Assembly: GCF_016433145.1 (NCBI RefSeq)
Contig: NC_058131.1
Coordinates: 405,326,875-405,390,874 of the forward strand
Direction: 5' to 3'
Length of the DNA stretch: 64,000 bases
Origin: Gracilinanus agilis
Taxonomy: Eukaryota
The notes under the pieces were generated by a model, which was given only the letters and a program-made list of their open reading frames with translations, had not been told where the DNA came from and did not search any database. Below, piece after piece: positions 1 through 12,410 of this stretch (the first letter of the stretch is position 1; every line of letters starts with the position of its first letter). A program made the translations under genes and the position numbers.

Positions 1-10
1 CACACACACA

Positions 11-59
<49 letters not shown>

Positions 60-80
60 ACTCACTCACTCTCTCTCTCT
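1..80. repeat. Compound (CA)n(CT)n(CTCA)n microsatellite
   Basis: Directly visible; lies in or near the FAM53C 3'UTR. Confidence 0.95.
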
Positions 81-497
81 CATATCTGACATCTTGGCCA
101 AATTCTAAGACCTGATAGATCCCTCGGGTCAAAGAAACTTGTGAACATCCCCATACAGACACACAACAGGATTACAAAGCCCTCCTCCTCTAGACTTCAT
201 CCCACAGCTCTCTTGATAACACAGATAATAGCCCTTCTCAGATTTTAGCTGAAACTTTCAATAGAAGGTGAGCTCTATACCATCTGACCCCTTGCCCTCC
301 CATAACCAAACTCAGCTCTTCTCATTGAGCTGTTCGGTCTGTACTGTGGAACTTCCTGGTGCGTGCTGGTTCCCAGCTGCCCAGAACTGGAGCCCTCAAC
401 TCACCCCAGTTCCCAGGTTTAGTCTCTGGCCTGGAGGCCTCATCACTTGTTAGTAGACATGAAGTTTGCTTTCCCCCCAAGAAGCAGCTTCTCAGCT

Positions 498-3921
<3,424 letters not shown>

Positions 3922-6559
3922 GATTCTCCCCAAGAGGCAGAACTTGAGTGGAGAAGTTGAACGTCTCCTTTGTCTTCTTTTGTGACCTTTAACCACCTTA
4001 CTTCTGGGTCATTTGCCACTCCATCACCATTCTAGCATCGCTGGGACTTCCCACTTGATTCATGCCTGCTGAAATCTGCAAGGTATATACAAGGACCAAA
4101 CTCCCTACCACCAATATTAGAGGATGTGTATTTTGGCCTATTTATATTCCCATCTGAATTAGTCTTTTAATATTATCTGACTACATTGTGGCCTAAACAG
4201 AGCCAAAAGTCATTTTAACAGCTGTCAACTCTGCAAGAGAACTGAACACCCCTGTGGTCATTCCCATCCAGGTCGGTCACCTGCTAATACAATCTTCAAC
4301 TTTCAATTCAATAAATTATGTATCACCCTAGAGGTGGCTGGGGAAAATACACAGTTTAGATAAGACAATTTCCTACCCTCAAAGAACTTCCAGTCTTATA
4401 AGAAGGATTTAATGAATGATACAAAATAATATTCAAGTGATATGAGACCTGAAGGGGGTGCCAGCTGCTCAGGGTATAGTGTAGTTAAACCTGTGCCTAA
4501 AATTCAAGTTTGCTCAGTCAGATAGGAAGTTGAAGGTTTTTTTTCAAGGACAATGAAACCAGTGACCAACAAGTGTTTTTCAAGTAGGATATAATTTATT
4601 TTTGAAGAACTGAATTTTGTACTGTATTCAACTTAAGCTAAGAAATTACTGGTTTTCTAACAGAATGATCATGTTTGTCAAGTGCCTCCTAAAAGTTTTT
4701 GAATGGAAAAAAAAAAACTCAAACTGGCAAACAGAACAATTCTAATCATCTTTATATTCTTCGGATCTATGTGACCTCATTCTGCCAAATTTCAGGGTTG
4801 CTCTGGCTGAAAGGCTATACTATATATACACATCAATAGTGAAGTGACTTCCTGATAAAGAGTTCTAAGGAACATTACTACAAGTATTTAATAGCAGCAT
4901 TCAAACTCACAACAGGTGTGAGACCTTTGCTGGATTAAAGGGTATATATTAAAGTGGTTTTTCAATGGCTCCTGTTATTCATCTTTAGGAATGACCTAGA
5001 CTGCAATATAATCCTCTAGAGTATTACTTAAGGAGTACCTAGGTTCTAATACTAATTCCAACCTGACTTGCTTTCTGTTTTATGAATCTTGGGCAAATAG
5101 CATCAGTCTCTTTATGGGCCTCAGTTTCTTTATAATTAAAATGAAGGAGAAATAATAGCATACTAATAACTAAGATAATGGTTATAAAAGCAATTTGAGC
5201 TTTTTGGAATAACCACACTACATAAATCCAAGGAATTATTTCAGAGGAGTCCAGCAGGGTATCATCTCTCACTCTTCCTGTTCAATGCACCATAAAGCCT
5301 AGGGATGCTGGGAGTGATGACATCATTAGGATGCAGAAGGCAATCTGTTCTACCTTTCTGGCTGGACACCATTCACTCATTCATTCATTTGTGCCTGTGT
5401 ACTCACAGAAGTCTAAAAGGGCAGTGTTTGTATATGACAAACTCTGCTTTGTATGTGACCTTGAGGGCAAATTATTAAGTTATTCTATGACTTTTTCCTT
5501 CTGTAAAATGGGAAGAATACTCCCTAATCCCATCCCTCTCTCATGGAAAGACAATGAGTATCACTGGGAAAGTACTCTAGGTTCTTCAGGGGGGAAAAGT
5601 ACTACAGAAATTCTATAAACTAAGATTTCTTCTCAGCTGCTCCCCTATGTATGCCCTTGTTATAGAAATTAAGGCTTAAGCTATATCACACTTCATGCTT
5701 TTAATTTCTTAAAGCTACCCATTTAAAGCAACGCTAATGGAAAAGTGTACCTGGTTGCATTCAGATACTAGGGACTGACAAACTTATTTCCACACTCTTA
5801 AGATTTGGGCCAAAGAGTAAGTTCCTACTACTTCTCTTTCAAATCAAATGAAGAGGATGATTTCATATTTTCTGCATTTTAATTGGTGGGATATGGTCAT
5901 ACACAACAAGTGGAACAATTCAGCTGCTACCATATATTAACTGATATTCTGGGCTCTGGATTTCTTAAAACAGAGTATGTGAGTGAGGGGTAGACTGAAA
6001 CAATTGAACCAAGACACAAAAGAAAGTAATTGGGCTTCAAGAGGGCCTGCCTTTCTAAGCTAGGCAGTCAAACCGAAAGCATTAGAAGGCTTACTCTTGG
6101 CTCCTTCATTTCCCCTTCTTATCTAACTGTAAAGAAATTCCCGAACCCACACTAAACAAGTTAAAACTTCTCAGTAAACTAGCAAAGGAGCACAGCCCTT
6201 CTGGGAGGAGGCAGCTAGCTTGGCCTCTCAGGTACCTATAAGCCCAACCCTCTCACTTATTCTCCCCCCCCACCCCCACTTTCCTGTCCTCTCCCGAAAT
6301 GGAGTATGGATATTCCCCTACTTATCAAAGACCTAAGTGATCACAGATTGATACTTGGGTCTAAGAAATATTGTGTCAGAAGCTAAGGAGCAGCAGTCTC
6401 CCTCGGGGTAGATCTACTCAATTCAGTGGGGCAGACTGGCAGAATATTTTCTGGGGACCCTAAACCTACCTCCCCCCCCCCCCAAGAGGATAAGAGTGAA
6501 TAAAAACAACGGCGGAGGTGGCGATGATAGTCTTTCATTCTCCATGGCCCTAGTGGAGC

Positions 6560-7800
6560 CAGGGATGGTTGATAAAAGTGCTGCCCACCACCCCTCCTCC
6601 ACCCACAATAAGATTATATACCACCCCTCAGGCCTGGGTTGCCACTGCCTTTACCCACGGGCGGGGCATGGTGTGACCTATGACCCCGTGGGGTGGGGGC
6701 GGATGACGTCAGAGGAGCCGCTACCCGACCCCCAACGCCTGCCTTCTGGACCTGGGGCCCGGGCCGCGAAGGAGTTGGGGGGGAGGTCTGGAGACACAGC
6801 GCTCTGGCGGCCCCCTCCCCCACCGGCCCCAGGCTCCCCGCAATGGGGCGGCCTATGAAGCCAGGCCGCGGGGAGGGGCTTGCTGGGAAGGGAAGGAGGG
6901 AGGGAGGGGCAGCGGAGATCCCCGCCCCGGGGCCCAGCGCCACCTGCCCCCAGGGCCCGCCCGCCCGCTACCTACCGCAGCTCGGTCCCCTTCCCAGGGC
7001 TGCAGCCGGAGCAGCTCTGAGCTCGCCACTCGCCCCACGGCGCCCTTAAATAACGCCGGAGTGAACCAATCATCCCCCTGTCAGAGAGGGGGGGTAACTT
7101 GCCCACTCCCAGGACCCACCACGAAGCCCCGTGAGAGGTTCAGGGTCCCCGAGGTTTTCTCTCCCTCCCCAAGAAACTGTAGGGTAAGCAGTAGCGTCCG
7201 TGACGGAGAAGGTGCTTCGCTTACACTCCCGGACGGAACTCGCCTTAAAGGGGTGGTGGTGGTGGGTGTCTTGTTTCCCGCCGAGTTCCCCCGTCGAATT
7301 GTGGAAAGTAGAAAAGCCCAGCTCTAGGCTAAACTAACATCGGACCAGTAGGGGGAACAGACAGAGGTAAACAAACTCATTTCCGCTCTCGACTGTTCTC
7401 GCTCTGGCTGACCTGTGCTTTCTTCTCTGTCCCTGGTCCCTAGTAGCACAAGCCTGGTACCTCTGCGTTTGTTTTTCTCTCTCCTCCTATATCGTCGCTG
7501 CTCTGAAAGAAACCCCTGTTCCCTGTCACAGAGGACTCGTCTGCGATCCAGGGGCAGATGGGAGATGTAGTCCAATCCTGGCCACACTTGGGGCCTGCTT
7601 GAAAGGACTCCGGAGCCCTGGGCAGTAGGAGAGAAGCTTGGGGTTGGGATGGGAATGGTGGTGTAAATTTCTGTATACCAGGACCTTACACCCATTCTAG
7701 CTGGTTCTCTTATCTCCTGACGTCGCGTCTGCATGTTCATTACAGTCAGTGAGCCTGGGCCTCCCCCTTCCTCCCCCCGCCTTCCAGTCACAGCAGGATG
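6560..7800 (-). promoter_or_regulatory. FAM53C: CpG island / FAM53C promoter with probable non-coding exon 1 (~7020-6976)
   Basis: GC/CpG-rich block; palindromic CRE TGACGTCA 6704-6711; CCAAT near 7066; TATTTAA on the minus strand near 7050; minus-strand donor CG|GTAGGT at 6975. Confidence 0.7.
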
Positions 7801-8533
7801 AGGTAATTGGGTTGTGATTATGACATCATAATAAGCTCAGCTCTTCCTTTCCAACGGCCCCCCACCCTTTCCCCCCACATTCGAAAAGAGCCGCCCTTCG
7901 GACTCGAGTCTCTATCAAGCCCTTTTAAAATTCTTTGTGTAGTAGGGATCAGTCCTAAGGAAGACCTTCTTTGTCCATATATCTGCAGTAGTCAGGGAAA
8001 GGGAAGGGGTATTCTTTCACCAAAGATACAAGATTTCTGGCTTAGAAATAACAGGTTAACTAAGAAAGGCCTAGAATGAAAGGAGTTAAAATAGAGGAAA
8101 AGGACAAGAGATGGGATTTGAGACTGCCAAGGCAAATAAGAAATGAATCCATAGCCATTTCATCAGAGAGGTAAAGCAAAGGAGGGCAGCAGATTTTAAA
8201 AATACTCAAGTCTGAGCTGACCAGAAATAGTTTTCCATTGCAGGTTAGTAAGTCTGTAAAAGAGAATTAAGGGGGGAATGGGGGAGTAAGGTAGGATGCT
8301 AAGCTAAGTAGGGAGCATTTTCTTCATTAAGGGGCAATGGTGGTCTTGCCACAGAGAGCTGAGTAGCACTTCTGGGCTTTAGGAACCAACTTCCTAAAGC
8401 CTTTATAGTCTCTGCACACTCAGCACCCCCCAACATTGGAAGTGGTAGGTAGCTTTGATCCCACAAGTACTACAGTCAGTGACAGGAAGCTTCCAGCTGG
8501 AGCCAAGGAAGCAAGGTGGTAAGAGCCAACAAG

Positions 8534-11500
8534 TCAAACTGAAAAGAGAGAGGGGAGGGAGATTGGGGCCATTTTCAAGAGGAAGGTAGGCAACAGCTAT
8601 GTTGTTCCTGTTTTTCTCAAGAGGTAGGCTAGCTTGGAAGTAAGATAGCACTCATTAGGGTCTTTATTTTGCCCTCTTCCCCACTCCTGGGGAAAAAAAA
8701 AAGATAACCACAAATGCTTTATAACAGAAAGTAAATCACAGTAGAGATCAGACCGTAAAATTTTAAATAAACAATTCTACCTAAAGCTTAAGAGAGTAGG
8801 CTTGTAGATCATGTAACTTTATGAAACAGAAGCTAAAATTAGGGCTCTAATTGAGACTTCCCCCTCTCTCCCACCTGCCTTGCTTAACTTTATAGTTAAA
8901 CCTTCCTATGAGTGCACCATTAGCTTGTTTCCAAAAAAAAAAAAAAGAAAACTCTAGTTCCTAGTTTACCACCTTGACCCCACCCCAGGTTTTCATCCTA
9001 ATATTTATAGACCTGCTTTGAACCTAGCCTTAATTCATCTATATTCATTATGAAATATACCTACATCTGAAAGAGAAGTCATTTGATACTATTCCCACAG
9101 GCCTCATCAGAGGCACCTACCCAAGTTCTCATTTGGTGTTGATCTAGATTCCACAGGGGACTCAGAACACTGAGCTAAGTCTTTCAAGAAGCCATCCGAA
9201 GAGTCTGAATCCATGGTCCCTGAAAGATTCTCTACTCCTTGCCTAGCAAAGGAGTATTTTATCAGAAGAGGTGGAAGCAGGATATACCAAGACCAACTCA
9301 GATACATTTTCTATGTAGACTAGCTATTGTCAGAACTGGAAGTGAAAAAAGAGAGACCTTTGCTCTAGTCCTTTCTTTCACCTTATATCCTAGGCCCCTG
9401 CCAAGGGAAGAGAAGATTTAGAACTCAAATCCCACAACTCATTGTACCCAGGTACAAGAAAAACATACATTACTCTCCCTGTACAACAAGGCTGACTGGG
9501 GGGGTCCCAAGCATGTAGGGCTCGTCTCCACTGCCTAATCTGGGCATCCCAGGAACGGCGGCTGTACCTTCGGTTCTTGTTAGGTGTTTGAGGGTGAAGT
9601 CCTGGCTGCCGTTCTGACCTAGAGATAAAATGAAGATCTTAAACTATGCCCTAGAAACAGCTGGATACGGCTCAGTATTCCTGTATCATTGACATGGTTG
9701 AGACTTAGCTAACAGAAAAAGAAAGAATTCTTTAGGATTGTTAGACATCATTAATAATTGTTTGCAGGACTGACTTTAGAACAGTATTCTTAAAAAAAAA
9801 AAAACAGATTGAAAAGCTGAAAGAGACCTTTTAGACCAAATCCCTCATTCTCCCATTGATGAATATCCCATATCTCATACCTAGAATATATTCCCATCTC
9901 ATCACTGCTTCTTAGACTCCCTAATTTCCTTCAAAGCAAAGTTCAAAGATCATCTTTAAATGAGGTTTTCATCCCCTCAATTTCCCCCACTAAAAAAAAA
10001 TCTTACCTTGTATATTTGTATGCATATGTCTTCTTCAGAACATAAGGCTCTTGAGGGAAGAAGGTACTGTTTTGTTTCTAATACATAGCAGGCACTAAAC
10101 ACTTGCTGATTAGTTAACTGATTTATGAACAAGATCACACAGGTTATAGTAAACAGCCAGAATGTGAACCCAGGTCAAAATATATCTTTCTAAATATCAT
10201 CTTGCTTGCAAGGTTGAACCCCTCCAAAATGCCTTCCCTTACTGAGGAATAATAATGGAATGACTCATTCAAAGTCTGAGAGAAGAGACAGATGAATCTT
10301 GTAAAGTTTTCTCCTAAAAAACATTTTTTTAAATTTTTTTTAAACCCTCAACTTCTGAGTATTGGCTCCTAGGTGGAAGAGTGGTAAGGGTGGGCAATGG
10401 GGGTCAAGTGACTTGCCCAGGGTCACAAGCTGGGAAGTGCTAAAAAACATTTTTAAATGGAAGACTGCTCATATGGATGCAGAAAGGCAAGTGGTAAGAA
10501 TGTCCAGGAAGAAAAGGTAGCCATTGACAGGATCAGAAAAAAAAAAATTATAGGCCAAGTAGAATGCTTAAATAATATTAAATGGGGCAGCTGGGTAGCT
10601 CAGTGGATTGAGAGCCAGGCCTAGAGACTGGAGGTCCTAGGTTCAAATCCGGCCTCAGACACTTCCCAGCTGTGTGACCCTGGGCAAGTCACTTGACCCC
10701 CATTGCCTACCCTTACCACTCTTCCACCTATAAGTCAATACATAGAAGTTAAGGGTATAAAAATAAAAAAATAAAAAAAAAATTAAATGATAGGCTAATG
10801 TTTTTTAAAGCATTCTAATACAAATTGATAACTTGGTATTAACTGATAACTATTCATGTTTAGAGACGTCGACTCCCATTCTTCAAATGATAAATGCTAC
10901 CCATCCCCAAACCCTCTGCTCTTACTTAGGGACTTGCTGTAAGAAGCACTGGTAACCAGCTGTTCGTTTCCCATAGTCTATCTGTTTTTGCCTCCTTCGA
11001 AGAACAATCTCATCCGTTTCTACCTCCTGCCTGTGGAGAAATAAATGTCCTATAGGCTATGACAAATGTAAAATATTTTAAAACACATTTCATTACACTG
11101 GAGGCTAACTCACTTGGATCTTCTGTAGCTGGATTCTGTGCTCACTCCCACACTCACCATCTTCACTCCAGAAGAATTCCCAAACTCAAGCATCTTCTTT
11201 CTGGAGACAAGGGTTCTATATAAGTAAAGAAGGTAGGAGAATGCCTAGGGAGCTGCTCTGCCTTTTCCAAAGCCAGGCATCCTCACTTAGATCCCAGACA
11301 GCCAGATTGAGTGTCTTTATCTCTAACACACCTTCTACAATCAAAAAAAGGTTCAATAAGTAACAAATGGATTTACATTTAAATTTTTTATTAAGTACCT
11401 ACTATATGTAGAATTCAATGCTTGGTCTTGGGGGAGATCGAGTTCAGATAAGACACAATCTCTGCCTTCAGGAAGTTTTAAACCAGTCTAGTAGGGGGAC

Positions 11501-11707
11501 GCAAACACAAAGATAATCATACACAATACCATACGTGATTCACAGAGCAAAATCGAAAGATCAGGGTATGTAGTTGAACTTGGATAGAGGACAGGAAAAG
11601 CACTTCGTTCCCCAGCTCCTCTCCAAGGAAAGGATGGGAAACCCTCAAACTTAAATGCGCACCTCTCCTCCCCACCTGGGGTTCCAAAGGTAGATTCTCC
11701 ATTTCAT
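8534..11707 (-). CDS. SLBP2: Oocyte-type histone RNA stem-loop binding protein 2 (SLBP paralogue); 7 candidate coding exons, ~187 aa in the simplest model
   Basis: Spliced exons 11030-10926 and 9618-9469 encode [72 protein letters not shown], a complete SLBP RNA-binding domain. Flanking phase-compatible exons: 11707-11676, 11334-11287, 11215-11114, 9242-9121, and a last acceptor at 8538. The N- and C-terminal exons are less certain. Confidence 0.88.
9121..9242 (-). CDS. SLBP2: SLBP2 acidic post-RBD exon
   Basis: 122 nt, acceptor CCTTTGCTAG, donor G|GTAGGT; [40 protein letters not shown] (part of ORF 9107-9307). Confidence 0.75.
9469..9618 (-). CDS. SLBP2: SLBP2 RBD exon 2
   Basis: Acceptor TTTTATCTCTAG; [43 protein letters not shown]...; donor GTATGT at 9468 gives 150 nt, phase 2-2 (a weaker GTAATG lies 5 nt upstream). 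Confidence 0.92.
10331..10439 (-). mobile_element. 5'-truncated tRNA-derived SINE (SINE1_Mdo-like)
   Basis: 3' half of the SINE, with TSD CTAAAAAACATTTTT (10314 / 10440). Confidence 0.8.
10584..10792 (+). mobile_element. Young SINE (SINE1_Mdo-like)
   Basis: GGGGCAGCTGGGTAGCTCAGTGG...GGTTCAAATCC, poly(A) tail. Confidence 0.9.
10926..11030 (-). CDS. SLBP2: SLBP2 RBD exon 1
   Basis: 105 nt, acceptor TTTCTCCACAG, donor GTAAG; [35 protein letters not shown]. Confidence 0.95.
11114..11215 (-). CDS. SLBP2: SLBP2 exon upstream of the RBD
   Basis: 102 nt, acceptor TATAG, donor GTGAGT; [34 protein letters not shown], in frame with the RBD exon. Confidence 0.8.
11287..11334 (-). CDS. SLBP2: SLBP2 candidate 48-nt exon
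   Basis: Polypyrimidine acceptor TTTTTTTGATTGTAG, donor GTGAGG; phase 2-2, open ([16 protein letters not shown]). Confidence 0.55.
11676..11707 (-). CDS. SLBP2: SLBP2 candidate first coding exon ([11 protein letters not shown])
   Basis: ATG at 11707 with A at -3; donor AG|GTGGGG at 11675 gives phase 2, the only local frame that stays open into the downstream exons. Confidence 0.45.
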
Positions 11708-11899
11708 TGTATCACCTCGCAGAGCACAAAAGTGAGACGTTCGTGCATTAGATGGGAAGGCGAAAAGAGGAGGAAAAAAAAAAAAAACCCAGGACGCCTC
11801 ACAGGTACTTACCTGATTTTTTTTTCCCCAGGTACGGTTCAAAAGACGTGAACTCTAGGTGGGGTGAGGGAGAATTTAAATCTCCCGGGGTGGGAGGTG

Positions 11900-12410
11900 T
11901 GGGAAGGGCCAAGGCCAGGCTGACCCGGTGAAAAGCCAAAGCATGAGCCAATCATGTATCTGAGTTCCCAAGTAGGCGGAGCTTAGCTCCGGTCACGGGG
12001 CCCGCTACGTGGAAGCCTATCCGCTGCCGCTTCGCTCTTGCTTGGAAGACGCGCCCAATTCTGTGTCCTGCCCGTGGATTGGGTTTGGGTTCTGCCCAGC
12101 GGCAGGTGACGTCATAGCAAGCGGGTCTATGGGATAGAAGATTGGCTGAGGTGCGAGCGACGTAGGGGGTTGACCGGAGGCGCGCGAGGATTGGCCCGGA
12201 GGTGGGCGGGCTGAAGGTTTGAACTTTATGTCGCGAGCTGTTAGGTTGACTGTGTCCCTTCGCAGACTTCAGTGCTTCCTTAGAGGGCCTTGAAGAGAAG
12301 GGGCACGGGTCCCACACTCGCTCTTGTCAGCTACTTCCCGCAGAAATTGTCCCTCTTTTTGCGTCCAAATCACCCCTACAGGCTCTCCCATTCCCTGGCG
12401 GAAGCAGGTA
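11900..12410. promoter_or_regulatory. CDC25C: Bidirectional CpG-island promoter of CDC25C (+) and SLBP2 (-), including CDC25C non-coding exon 1
   Basis: CCAAT/ATTGG boxes at 11948, 12055, 12078, 12141 and 12190; CRE TGACGTCA 12107-12114; CHR TTTGAA 12218-12223; + donor CAG|GTATGT at 12408; - donor CAG|GTAAGT at 11812. Confidence 0.85.

Noticed and set aside
6496-7791. Cluster of 60-155 aa ORFs on both strands
   Set aside because: Expected stop-codon scarcity in a CpG island; low-complexity Pro/Gly/Arg content and no recognisable domain.
9061-9066. Possible 6-nt SLBP2 micro-exon (TTTCAG|ATGTAG|GTATAT)
   Set aside because: It would need a 54-nt upstream intron, below the normal vertebrate minimum, and it does not restore the downstream frame.
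10584-10660. tRNA-like heads (GGTAGCTCAGTGG...GGTTCAAATCC) here and in ~20 other places
   Set aside because: These are the A/B boxes of tRNA-derived SINEs, not tRNA genes.
11700-11702. Alternative SLBP2 start MENLPLEPQ
   Set aside because: The phase-0 donor leads to stops in both downstream candidate exons. It remains possible only if an unseen exon exists.
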